Assembly (NCBI GenBank): GCA_029938715.1
Contig: JAOZUK010000007.1
Coordinates: forward strand, 2,927 to 66,926
Reading direction: 5' to 3'
Source: Bacteroidales bacterium
GTDB taxonomy: Bacteria; Bacteroidota; Bacteroidia; Bacteroidales; GCA-2748055
Length of the DNA stretch: 64,000 bases
Shown here: in pieces, positions 27,384 to 35,931 of the stretch
How positions within the stretch are numbered: the stretch's first letter is position 1
Layout: each line of letters opens with the position of its first letter
Made by a program: the position numbers and the translations under genes
The notes under the pieces: generated by a model
Database searches by the model: none
Told to the model about the DNA's origin: nothing
The model's input: only the letters and a program-made list of their open reading frames with translations

Positions 27384-27776
27384 ATGCTAAGTTACGTGTT
27401 CCGATATAAATTTACCATTCTGCTGGCCATCCTCATCGTTTTGCTGAGCCTGGTACCCAGTAGCAGTATACCGTCATCTCGACTCTTCAATATACCCTAC
27501 CTGGATAAGCTTGTGCATATTTCCATGTATGCATCCATTGGCTTTGTGGCCCTGATGGAAAGCCGCTGTTATAAAAATTGTCTGGTTTTCCATGGGCTCA
27601 TGATGCTGGTTATCTTTATTATGAGTGCAATCATTGAGGTGTTGCAGGCCACTGTGGTAGCTACCCGGGCTGCAGAATGGTATGATCTTTTTGCCAATTT
27701 TTCCGGACTTGTGGCCGGCTATGTGGCTTACAGGATTATAGGTGGCCTCCGAATCTTTCGATTCCTTAGATACTGA
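27384..27776 (+). CDS. VanZ-like family membrane protein
   Basis: Four hydrophobic helices and a DKLVHISMYASIGF motif typical of VanZ-like proteins. ATG 27384 preferred over TTG 27357. Confidence 0.55.
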   Translation: MLSYVFRYKFTILLAILIVLLSLVPSSSIPSSRLFNIPYLDKLVHISMYASIGFVALMESRCYKNCLVFHGLMMLVIFIMSAIIEVLQATVVATRAAEWYDLFANFSGLVAGYVAYRIIGGLRIFRFLRY

Positions 27777-28197
27777 TTCTATCTTTTCCTTCTCTGAATT
27801 CGGAAACCAGGTCGGCAATTGACTCGGTGGCAAAAAGCATCCTCTCTTCATGTCTCATGGGTGCAATCTTATCGTGTAAACTACAGGGATCCTCGTCACT
27901 GCAGGGAGCGGTCCGTATAACACAGATGCCAAAAGTGTCGCTTCCATCTATCAACTCAATAATGTCCATCAGGGAGATGTCCATGGCCGGTCTATTCAGG
28001 TAGAATCCACCATGTGGACCTTTGGTTGAACTCAGAATGTGGTGCCTGGCTAATTGCTGTAGTATCTTCCCCAAGAATGGAGAGGGAATATCCAGTTCGC
28101 TGGATACCTCCTTAATTCCTACCTTTTTCTCTTTAGTAGAGTACAGGGCCAGGTAGATTACCGCCCTGATTGCGTATTTGCTGGTATTTGAAAGCAT
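27766..28197 (-). CDS. Rrf2 family transcriptional regulator (probable Fe-S cluster type)
   Basis: N-terminal SKYAIRAVIYLA winged-helix start; Cys triad CVIRTAPCSDEDPC (C-x7-C-x5-C). Confidence 0.8.
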   Translation of the reverse strand: MLSNTSKYAIRAVIYLALYSTKEKKVGIKEVSSELDIPSPFLGKILQQLARHHILSSTKGPHGGFYLNRPAMDISLMDIIELIDGSDTFGICVIRTAPCSDEDPCSLHDKIAPMRHEERMLFATESIADLVSEFREGKDRISI

Positions 28198-28206
28198 TTA
28201 TCTTAT

Positions 28207-28641
28207 TTATAAAGGAATTTTCTCTACTCTCAATTGGTGCCTCCCCCCTTCAAACCGGGTGCGTAGAAAGACATCCACAATCTCCTTTGCAGTTTCAATA
28301 TCAATAAACCTTGCCGGCAAAGAACAGATGTTGGCATCATTATGAGTTCGTGCCAATCTGGCAATCTCCCTGTTCCAGCACAAAGCTGCCCGTATGCCCT
28401 GATGTTTGTTTGCTACCATGTTAATGCCGTTTCCACTTCCACATAGCGATATTCCCAACCGGTACTCTCCCTTTTCAACAGCCAGAGCCAAAGGATGACC
28501 AAAATCTGGGTAATCAACTGATTTTGAAGAATATGCACCAAGATCATTTGGTGTATATCCAAGCTCTTCAATATATTTAACTATGACTAACTTCATCTGA
28601 TAACCCGCATGATCAGAAGCTATGGCAATGGTCTCTTTCAT
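28207..28641 (-). CDS. rpiB: Ribose-5-phosphate isomerase B
   Basis: IAIASDHAGY and CGSGNGI motifs; 144 aa. Confidence 0.85.
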   Translation of the reverse strand: MKETIAIASDHAGYQMKLVIVKYIEELGYTPNDLGAYSSKSVDYPDFGHPLALAVEKGEYRLGISLCGSGNGINMVANKHQGIRAALCWNREIARLARTHNDANICSLPARFIDIETAKEIVDVFLRTRFEGGRHQLRVEKIPL

Positions 28642-28677
28642 TCTTCCTCTTTTTTAACAATCCAATGGTTGATTTGT

Positions 28678-28699
28678 TGTTGATTTGTTTTTAAAACCC
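28678..28699. repeat. Perfect tandem direct repeat, 2 x 11 bp (GTTGATTTGTT)
   Basis: 28678-28688 equals 28689-28699. It lies 37-58 nt upstream of the rpiB start codon. Confidence 0.8.
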
Positions 28700-28816
28700 T
28701 TGTTAAACATTCAATTGACAGGTCGGGAAGTAATTCTTCCAAAATCTTACCCAAATCACCAACAGATTGTCAACAGTCATTATCTTTGAAGTAAATTTGT
28801 TTTTATTAAACGGGTC

Positions 28817-28893
28817 CTCTATTAACAAGTGTTAAATTAAATTGTAACAACCGTTATTACAGAACTTAACATTTCATATAACTGTTAATAGAG
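28817..28893. repeat. 11-bp perfect inverted repeat CTCTATTAACA ... TGTTAATAGAG with a 55-nt spacer
   Basis: The arms at 28817-28827 and 28883-28893 are exact reverse complements. Located in the AT-rich rpiB/nadA divergent intergenic region. Confidence 0.75.
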
Positions 28894-28922
28894 TGTGTGG
28901 TTCATTTAATGAATTGATTTTG

Positions 28923-28930
28923 CAAAGATA
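28923..28930 (-). promoter_or_regulatory. Possible distal -7 box (TATCTTTG on the minus strand) in the rpiB/nadA intergenic region
   Basis: Exact TAnnTTTG match on the minus strand. It would give an rpiB leader of about 275 nt, so it is uncertain. Confidence 0.25.
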
Positions 28931-29011
28931 GCTTCACTTTTTTTAAAACAATATGAACCGACTAACATTATCATTTTTAGATTTAATTGATTAATAAGAT
29001 TATATATATAG

Positions 29012-30016
29012 ATGATGAATTCTGTTAAAAAGCTGAATATTGATAGAGCTGGATTTGTAGATCTGGAGATCGATAAATCGCTTAATCTTGTGGAAGAGAT
29101 TAACCGAATGAGAAAGGAAAAGAGCGCTGTAATTCTGGCACACTTTTACCAGGAGGGTGAAATTCAGGATATTGCCGATTTTGTGGGAGATAGTCTGGGT
29201 CTGTCCCAACAGGCTGCTGCTACCGATGCTGATATCATTCTTTTTGCCGGAGTTAATTTTATGGCTGAAACGGCAAAGATACTGGCTCCCGGTAAAAAGG
29301 TACTAATTCCCGATATCAATGCAGGATGCTCACTGGCTGATTCCTGTCTGCCAGCTGACTTTGCGAAATTTAAAGAGAAATATCCTGGTTACACAGTTAT
29401 CTCGTATGTGAATACAACCGCTGAAATAAAGGCGCTTACGGATATAATCTGTACCTCTACCAATGCTCTGGAAATTATTAAGAGTTTACCCGAGGAGGAG
29501 AAAATCATTTTTGCCCCTGACCGTAACCTGGGCAACTACATCCAGAGTGTCACCGGAAGAGAGATGGTCATATGGGATGGTGCCTGTCATGTTCATGAAG
29601 AGTTCAGTCTGGAAAGGATTCTGGAATTAAAGAATGAAAATGCTAAAGCTCAGATTATTGCACATCCAGAATGTGAAAAACCTATTCTAATTGTGGCCGA
29701 TCACATAGGTTCTACCACCTCACTGCTGAACTACACAATTAAGGATAAAGGAGACACCTACATTGTGGCAACCGAATCAGGAATTCTTCACCAGATGCGA
29801 AAGGCCAGTCCCCATAAAAATTTTATCCCTGCCCCGCCCAAAGACTCCACCTGTGCATGCAACGATTGTAAGTATATGAAATTGATTTCTTTGAAAAAGA
29901 TCTATAATACTTTGAAGTATGAGCTTCCTGAGATAACTTTGGAACAGGATTTGATGGACAGAGCAAGGGGATCCATTGTGAGGATGCTTGAGATTTCGGA
30001 CCGTCTTAAACTTTAA
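29012..30016 (+). CDS. nadA: Quinolinate synthase
   Basis: ILAHFYQ, FMAETAKIL and conserved Cys residues in three pseudo-repeats; 334 aa. Confidence 0.9.
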   Translation: MMNSVKKLNIDRAGFVDLEIDKSLNLVEEINRMRKEKSAVILAHFYQEGEIQDIADFVGDSLGLSQQAAATDADIILFAGVNFMAETAKILAPGKKVLIPDINAGCSLADSCLPADFAKFKEKYPGYTVISYVNTTAEIKALTDIICTSTNALEIIKSLPEEEKIIFAPDRNLGNYIQSVTGREMVIWDGACHVHEEFSLERILELKNENAKAQIIAHPECEKPILIVADHIGSTTSLLNYTIKDKGDTYIVATESGILHQMRKASPHKNFIPAPPKDSTCACNDCKYMKLISLKKIYNTLKYELPEITLEQDLMDRARGSIVRMLEISDRLKL

Positions 30017-30024
30017 AGTGATAC

Positions 30025-31602
30025 ATGTTGGTAAGGTTAAATCGATACTTTCTTATTGTTGCAGTTTTAGGTTTGATATCTTTTCATCTGAAGGCTCAAC
30101 AAGGGTCGGATGAAAATGGATTTGTTCAATACCTATATCCCAATGATCAGGTTTCCAGCGAAGGCACCATGCGGGATGGAAAGCCCGATGGTTACTGGAA
30201 AACCTATTATGTGACCGGTGTTATCAAGTCGGAAGGCAAAAGAACCAATTATCTGTTGGACAGTATCTGGAATTTTTACAACCAGGCAGGAGAACTTACC
30301 CAGCAGATAAATTATAAATTGGGAGAGAAGAGCGGATACGCCACCAGTTACTCCTATAACAATCCCCGTAATCCTGGACAACCCACGGTGATATCATCGG
30401 AGCTCTATGTAAACGGGAGGAAGGAGGGAAATTCCTATTACTATTTTCCCACAGGCGAATTGAAGATTATGGTATACTATATGAACGGGAAAAAGCAGGG
30501 GTTGTCAAGGGAATTTTCCACTGACAGTACCCTGATTGCAGTGGAGGAGTACAACGATAACTACGTGGTAAACAGGGAGCGATTAAACAGAACTGATCCA
30601 GAGGGAAGAAAACAGGGAACCTACAGGGATTACTATGGCAATGGAAGGATAAAGAAAGAGGAGCACTATCTGGACGATAAGTTGCATGGTTATTACAGGG
30701 AGTTTGATGGAAGGGGGGAGTTGGTGACAGCAGTGAGGTATGAGAGGGGCATGATCATGGAGGAGATAGATGAGGACCTGAAGGAGCTCCTTGATATGAA
30801 AAGCACATTTGATGCCCAAGGGAGGCTGATCTTCACCGGGGGATACATTGAGGGGGTACCGGTAGGGATACACAGGTTTTATGATACCACAGGAACAATA
30901 GAAAATTCTTATCTCTACAATGAGCTGGGTCAGAAGATATCTGAAGGGATCATTGATGCACAGGGGTTAAGGAAGGGGGCTTGGATAGAATTCTATCCCA
31001 CCGGAGAGACCAGAGCAAAAGGACAGTATGTGAATAATCAGCGCTCTGGACGCTGGAACTACTATTTCTTTTCTGGTGCTGTGGAGCAGAAAGGAAGGTT
31101 CGAAAGGGACCGTTACCGTGGACTGTGGACCTGGTACTATTCCAATGGCAATGTTTGGAGAGAGGAGTCCTATTTCAACGGTCGGGAAGATGGAATGTTT
31201 GTGGAGTACGACCTGGCAGGAAATATCCTCACAAAGGGAGATTATATCAGTGGAGAAAAGGAGGGAGAATGGATCTACCAGGTGGGAGATCACACGGAAA
31301 AAGGAAACTACGTGATTGGATTAAGAGAGGGCATATGGACCTATTTCTACAACAGTGGTAAGCTAAAGTATGAGGGAAATTATTCACAGGGAAATCCCGA
31401 TAAAAGGCACAAATATTACTATCCATCTGGCGTCTTAAAAGAGGAGCAATATTACGCAATGGGCATTAGGGAGAAGAACTGGAAAAAATATGATGAAGAG
31501 GGGAACCTGAGCCTAACCATCACCTATAAAAATAATGTGGAACAGCGTATCAACGGATTCAAGATCAAACTTCCCGATGAAGATGTTACCTTAATCCGAT
31601 AA
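30025..31602 (+). CDS. MORN-repeat (YwqK-like) protein with signal peptide
   Basis: About 20 consecutive copies of a roughly 23-aa G-x-W-x-x-Y-Y-x-N/S-G-x-(L/I)-K-x-E-G pattern. Confidence 0.7.
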   Translation: MLVRLNRYFLIVAVLGLISFHLKAQQGSDENGFVQYLYPNDQVSSEGTMRDGKPDGYWKTYYVTGVIKSEGKRTNYLLDSIWNFYNQAGELTQQINYKLGEKSGYATSYSYNNPRNPGQPTVISSELYVNGRKEGNSYYYFPTGELKIMVYYMNGKKQGLSREFSTDSTLIAVEEYNDNYVVNRERLNRTDPEGRKQGTYRDYYGNGRIKKEEHYLDDKLHGYYREFDGRGELVTAVRYERGMIMEEIDEDLKELLDMKSTFDAQGRLIFTGGYIEGVPVGIHRFYDTTGTIENSYLYNELGQKISEGIIDAQGLRKGAWIEFYPTGETRAKGQYVNNQRSGRWNYYFFSGAVEQKGRFERDRYRGLWTWYYSNGNVWREESYFNGREDGMFVEYDLAGNILTKGDYISGEKEGEWIYQVGDHTEKGNYVIGLREGIWTYFYNSGKLKYEGNYSQGNPDKRHKYYYPSGVLKEEQYYAMGIREKNWKKYDEEGNLSLTITYKNNVEQRINGFKIKLPDEDVTLIR

Positions 31603-31608
31603 TGCATC

Positions 31609-32628
31609 ATGGCAGAAGAATTCGAATTTAGAGAGAACCAGCTTTCAGATAAAGAACTGGAAATTGAAGCGCGTTTAAGGCCACAGATCTTTTCCGATTT
31701 TGACGGTCAGAAAAAGGTGGTTGAAAACCTGAAGGTATTTGTGGAAGCGGCCCGCTTAAGAGATGAAGCTTTGGATCATGTGCTGCTTCATGGTCCACCC
31801 GGTCTGGGGAAAACCACACTTGCACATATCATTGCCAATGAAATGAAGGTGGGTATTAAAATTACCTCCGGACCGGTGCTCGACAAGCCGGGCGATTTGG
31901 CTGGCTTGCTTACTGGACTGGAAGAGGGGGATGTACTCTTTATTGATGAAATTCACAGGCTCTCCCCCATTGTTGAAGAGTACCTCTATTCGGCCATGGA
32001 AGATTACTGTATCGACATCATGATCGACAAAGGTCCCTCTGCCCGATCGGTGCAATTGACCCTTTCACCCTTTACACTTTTAGGAGCCACCACCAGATCC
32101 GGATTGCTTACCGGACCATTAAGGGCCAGATTTGGCATCAACTCCTTGCTGGAGTATTACGATGCAGATGTGTTAACAGGTATTGTAAAGCGATCGTCCG
32201 GTATTCTAAAGATGGAAATCAGGGATGATGCTGCGGTGGAAATTGCTTCCAGAAGCAGGGGTACACCCCGGATAGCCAATGCTTTGTTGCGAAGAATTAG
32301 AGATTTTGCGCAGGTAAAAGGAGATGGGATCATCGATATGAAGATCACTAAATATGGACTGGATGCATTGAATATCGATCAGTCGGGACTGGATGAAATG
32401 GATAACAAGATCCTGCTTACCATTATTGATAAATTCCAGGGAGGTCCTGTTGGACTAAATACCATTGCCACAGCTGTGGGTGAAGAGGCCGGGACCATCG
32501 AGGAGGTGTATGAGCCCTTCCTGATCAAGCAGGGGTATATCAAACGAACACCCCGGGGCAGAGAGGTTACCAGGAATGCCTATGAACACTTGGGCAAATA
32601 TAGAGAAAGCCAGAACTTTTTATTTTGA
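31609..32628 (+). CDS. ruvB: Holliday junction branch migration helicase RuvB
   Basis: Walker [12 protein letters not shown], Walker [10 protein letters not shown], sensor [13 protein letters not shown]. Confidence 0.95.
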   Translation: MAEEFEFRENQLSDKELEIEARLRPQIFSDFDGQKKVVENLKVFVEAARLRDEALDHVLLHGPPGLGKTTLAHIIANEMKVGIKITSGPVLDKPGDLAGLLTGLEEGDVLFIDEIHRLSPIVEEYLYSAMEDYCIDIMIDKGPSARSVQLTLSPFTLLGATTRSGLLTGPLRARFGINSLLEYYDADVLTGIVKRSSGILKMEIRDDAAVEIASRSRGTPRIANALLRRIRDFAQVKGDGIIDMKITKYGLDALNIDQSGLDEMDNKILLTIIDKFQGGPVGLNTIATAVGEEAGTIEEVYEPFLIKQGYIKRTPRGREVTRNAYEHLGKYRESQNFLF

Positions 32629-32637
32629 TATTTTGTA

Positions 32638-32645
32638 TATATTTG
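32638..32645 (+). promoter_or_regulatory. -7 box (TATATTTG) upstream of the 57-aa small ORF
   Basis: Exact TAnnTTTG match, 27 nt before ATG 32673. Confidence 0.4.
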
Positions 32646-32672
32646 TGAGGAGTTTAATATAAGCAAGCTGAT

Positions 32673-32846
32673 ATGTTAAAAGAGTTATTGAAAAATTCAG
32701 GGCTGCTGGTAATCCTTGCCGGTGTAATTGTGCTTAGTATAATTGTCTTTGCAAAGGGGCAGACCAATTCAAGCCTTTCACTTAGCCTGGGGCTGGTCAT
32801 TGGTGGACTTATCGCCCATATTGTAATCAATAAATTGGTGGATTGA
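32673..32846 (+). CDS. Small (57 aa) two-helix membrane protein, hypothetical
   Basis: Below the ORF-track size cutoff. ATG sits 27 nt after a perfect TATATTTG box. Two hydrophobic helices (LLVILAGVIVLSIIVF, LSLGLVIGGLIAHIVI). Confidence 0.35.
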   Translation: MLKELLKNSGLLVILAGVIVLSIIVFAKGQTNSSLSLSLGLVIGGLIAHIVINKLVD

Positions 32847-32850
32847 TCCG

Positions 32851-33552
32851 CTAGATATTGGCAATGTACTTTAGTCCTGGCTTGTCCAGGATTTTTATTT
32901 TCCTTCCGTTGAGTTCGAGGGCTCCCTCGTTTTTAAATTCTGAAAGCAGCCTGATAATGGATTCTGTAGCGGTTCCAACAATGTTAGATAACTCTTCTCG
33001 GGTAAGTGAAATATTTAGAATTCCCAGATCATCGGTACCAAACTCCCAGTCGAGGTGGATCAGAATCTCAGCAAGGCGCTCTTTCACCGTTTTTTGAGCA
33101 ATATCAGTAATGTAAGCATTAGCTTCTCCCAGCTCCTTGCAGGTGAGTTTCATCAGTGCCACCGCAAACTCTCCATTGGTTTTCACCAGGTGAAGCAGTA
33201 TGTCGGTGGGAATGTGACAAAGGGTAGCTTCCTGCAGGATCTCAGCAGTGGTGCATGCAGGTTCATTGCTTACCACAGAACGGTAACCGATCAAATCGGC
33301 GGGTTTTGCAAATCGTACAATCTGTTCCTTTCCGTCGAAGCCTGTTTTATATATCTTTACAATTCCGGAATGAACACAATAGAATCCCTTCATTCGGCTG
33401 CCTTCGCGGTAGATAATAGAACCTCTTTTATGGGTTTCTGTTATCTTATTGAGAGAGATATCCTGAAGCTCCTCTTCACTCAGGTGGCGAAACAGGGGAT
33501 GTGTTCTAATGGTGCAGGAACTACAGCCACTATCCAGGGGATATTCAGTCAT
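32851..33552 (-). CDS. Crp/Fnr family transcriptional regulator
   Basis: cNMP-binding-like beta-roll, C-terminal HTH (LTREELSNIVGTATESIIRLLSEF), N-terminal CSSC pair. Confidence 0.8.
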   Translation of the reverse strand: MTEYPLDSGCSSCTIRTHPLFRHLSEEELQDISLNKITETHKRGSIIYREGSRMKGFYCVHSGIVKIYKTGFDGKEQIVRFAKPADLIGYRSVVSNEPACTTAEILQEATLCHIPTDILLHLVKTNGEFAVALMKLTCKELGEANAYITDIAQKTVKERLAEILIHLDWEFGTDDLGILNISLTREELSNIVGTATESIIRLLSEFKNEGALELNGRKIKILDKPGLKYIANI

Positions 33553-33606
33553 ATAAAAAGGTTAATTGCTTAAAATTAAATAAATAAAATTTGAAAACTC
33601 ACATCA

Positions 33607-34023
33607 ATGAAAGAAACAATCAAAGCTCAGTGGCTTAACGGCCTGTCATTTGAAACAGAAGTGGACGGACATAAAATTTACATGGATACAGCCGAAGAAC
33701 ACGGGGGAAAGAATCTTGGTCCCAGGCCCAAACCGATGATGATGGTGGCTTTGGCCGGATGTACAGGTATGGATGTGGTTGCTATTTTGAAGAAAATGAG
33801 AGAGAATGTGGAAGAGTTGTCAGTGGAAGTGCAGGGTGATATAACCGAGGAGCATCCCAAAAGATTTGAAGGCATGAAGGTAATCTTCAGGGTGAAGGGA
33901 AAAGGTATTAACCTAAAAAATGTAGAGAAAGCAGTGAATCTATCCTCCACCAGATATTGTGGTGTCTCCACCAACTACAAAGAGGCCTTCGACATCACCT
34001 ACGAAATTATTATAGAGGAGTAA
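33607..34023 (+). CDS. OsmC family peroxiredoxin-like protein
   Basis: Conserved Cys pair in ALAGCTGMDV and RYCGVS; 138 aa. Confidence 0.8.
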   Translation: MKETIKAQWLNGLSFETEVDGHKIYMDTAEEHGGKNLGPRPKPMMMVALAGCTGMDVVAILKKMRENVEELSVEVQGDITEEHPKRFEGMKVIFRVKGKGINLKNVEKAVNLSSTRYCGVSTNYKEAFDITYEIIIEE

Positions 34024-34147
34024 ATCCGATTGGTTTTTAACTGGCTTGACTATTTTATGAGGGGTGATTTATAAGCAACCTGGGATTTTTCCCGTAGGGA
34101 ATAACCACGTTGCGTTAAAATACCCCGAATAATTAATAGAAAGCGTG

Positions 34148-35167
34148 CTAATACGCTGCCCGGAATTGCTCCAGAAAACGAACATCGTTTTCGAAGTAGA
34201 GTCGAAGATCTTTAACCTGGTATTTCAGCATGGCGACTCTTTCAATGCCCATGCCGAAGGCAAATCCGGTGTACTTCTTCGAATCGATATTGTTATATTC
34301 CAGTACGTTGGGATCTACCATTCCACACCCCAGGATCTCCAGCCAACCGGTATATTTGCATACATTGCATCCTCTTCCTCCACAGATCTGACAGCTGATA
34401 TCCATCTCAGCTGAAGGCTCTGTAAATGGAAAGTAAGAGGGACGAAGACGGATCTCCACCTCTTTTCCAAACATTTCACGGGCGAAGTAAAGCAGGGTCT
34501 GTTTCAGATCCGCAAAGGAGACATTCTCATCGATATACAATCCCTCCACCTGGTGGAAAATACAGTGAGCTCTGGCCGAGATAGCCTCATTTCTGAAAAC
34601 CCTGCCAGGCGATATGGTACGAATGGGTGGTTGCTCTTTTTCCATGACACGCACCTGCACCGAAGAGGTATGAGTTCGCAACAGAATATCGGGATCCTTC
34701 TCGATGAAAAAGGTGTCCTGCATGTCCCGTGCAGGGTGCTCAGGCGGAAAATTAAGTGCCGAAAACACATGCCAGTCATCTTCAATTTCGGGTCCTTCCG
34801 AAATGTTATAACCCAGGCTGGTAAATATCTCAATAATCTGGTTACGAACCACCGAAATGGGATGCCTGGCTCCTGGTTGCATAGGAGGTCCGGGAAGAGT
34901 AAGATCAGCCGAATCACTGCTATCGTTCTCGTCCGACAGGTTGGATAACAGAGTTTCAATCCTCTCAGCAACAAACTGTTTCAGTTCATTGATTTTTTTC
35001 CCCATCTCTTTTTTCTGATCTGCCGGCACCTCTTTAAAAATACTGAACAGGTCTGAAAGGATTCCTTTCTTTCCCAGGTATTTGATTCGGAATTGTTCTA
35101 TTTCTTCACGGGTGCCTGCGCTGAACTGCCTGGCTTCGTCCAGGATTTTATCAATGTTCTGAATCAT
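34148..35167 (-). CDS. pheS: Phenylalanine--tRNA ligase alpha subunit
   Basis: Class II motifs (HPARDMQDTFF, FRNEAISARAHCIFHQVEG, FPFTEPSAEMD). Confidence 0.95.
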   Translation of the reverse strand: MIQNIDKILDEARQFSAGTREEIEQFRIKYLGKKGILSDLFSIFKEVPADQKKEMGKKINELKQFVAERIETLLSNLSDENDSSDSADLTLPGPPMQPGARHPISVVRNQIIEIFTSLGYNISEGPEIEDDWHVFSALNFPPEHPARDMQDTFFIEKDPDILLRTHTSSVQVRVMEKEQPPIRTISPGRVFRNEAISARAHCIFHQVEGLYIDENVSFADLKQTLLYFAREMFGKEVEIRLRPSYFPFTEPSAEMDISCQICGGRGCNVCKYTGWLEILGCGMVDPNVLEYNNIDSKKYTGFAFGMGIERVAMLKYQVKDLRLYFENDVRFLEQFRAAY

Positions 35168-35187
35168 ATTTGATTGACTTAGAGCTA

Positions 35188-35195
35188 CAAAAGTA
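35188..35195 (-). promoter_or_regulatory. -7 box (TACTTTTG on the minus strand) upstream of pheS
   Basis: Exact TAnnTTTG match, 20 nt before the pheS ATG (35167). Confidence 0.45.
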
Positions 35196-35207
35196 AAAAA
35201 AATGTGA

Positions 35208-35882
35208 CTACTCTACCAAAGAGATTGAATAGATCACATCCTCAATGGGACGGTCATACGAATCGGTCTGTGTGGCTGCAATGCGATCGAGTATTTCCAA
35301 TCCCACCACAATCTCACCAAAAATCGTATATGAACCATCAAGGTGTGGCGTTCCTCCTATGGTGGTATAAATATCAATGGATTCCTGAGTAAAAGGAGCA
35401 CCTCTTTGAGCAAAATTATTAATCTCTTGTTGAGTTAATACTTTTCCCTGAACCAGGTAGAATTGGGATCCGGAAGATGCTTTTTCAGGATTTACAGAGT
35501 CTCCCTGTCTGGCTGCTGCCAGGGCCCCTTTTTTATGAATCAGTTCAGGATTAAACTCAGCGGGTATGGTGTATCCGGGTCCTCCGTTACCAAGTCGCTC
35601 TCCTTTTGCTGCGCCCACCGAATGGGGGTCTCCTCCCTGGACCATAAAATCCTTGATAACCCGGTGAAATAATTGGTTATCAAAGAAACTATCCTGGATC
35701 AGTTTGATCATATTGTCCCGGTGCAACGGAGTTTCGTTGTAAAGTTTTAGAACCATATCCCCCATGCTCGTTTCAAATTTGATCAAACGTTCAGAGGAGT
35801 TCTCCTGAGCCTTGGTCCGGTTAATGGGGAAGATTCCCAGGATCACCCAAGAAACTATAAGGATTTTGATATACGTCTTCAT
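35208..35882 (-). CDS. Cyclophilin-type peptidyl-prolyl cis-trans isomerase (secreted)
   Basis: FHRVIKDFMVQGGDP motif. ATG 35882 gives a signal peptide, has a TATCTTTG box upstream, and avoids overlap with the divergent patatin gene. Confidence 0.85.
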   Translation of the reverse strand: MKTYIKILIVSWVILGIFPINRTKAQENSSERLIKFETSMGDMVLKLYNETPLHRDNMIKLIQDSFFDNQLFHRVIKDFMVQGGDPHSVGAAKGERLGNGGPGYTIPAEFNPELIHKKGALAAARQGDSVNPEKASSGSQFYLVQGKVLTQQEINNFAQRGAPFTQESIDIYTTIGGTPHLDGSYTIFGEIVVGLEILDRIAATQTDSYDRPIEDVIYSISLVE

Positions 35883-35917
35883 ATTTTTTAATGTATTTTT
35901 AATAGAATAAAGCTCTG

Positions 35918-35925
35918 CAAAGATA
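35918..35925 (-). promoter_or_regulatory. -7 box (TATCTTTG on the minus strand) upstream of the cyclophilin gene
   Basis: Exact TAnnTTTG match, 35 nt before ATG 35882. Confidence 0.4.
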
Positions 35926-35931
35926 AAATGA

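Noticed and set aside
33055-33573. 172-aa plus-strand ORF opposite the Crp/Fnr gene
   Set aside because: It is a shadow ORF. The Crp/Fnr frame has cNMP-binding and HTH motifs.
34024-34147. 124-nt gap between the convergent OsmC and pheS genes, inspected for a bidirectional terminator or small RNA
   Set aside because: It has only weak, short stems (for example GGGATTTTTCCC), no convincing GC-rich hairpin with a U-tract and no promoter box.
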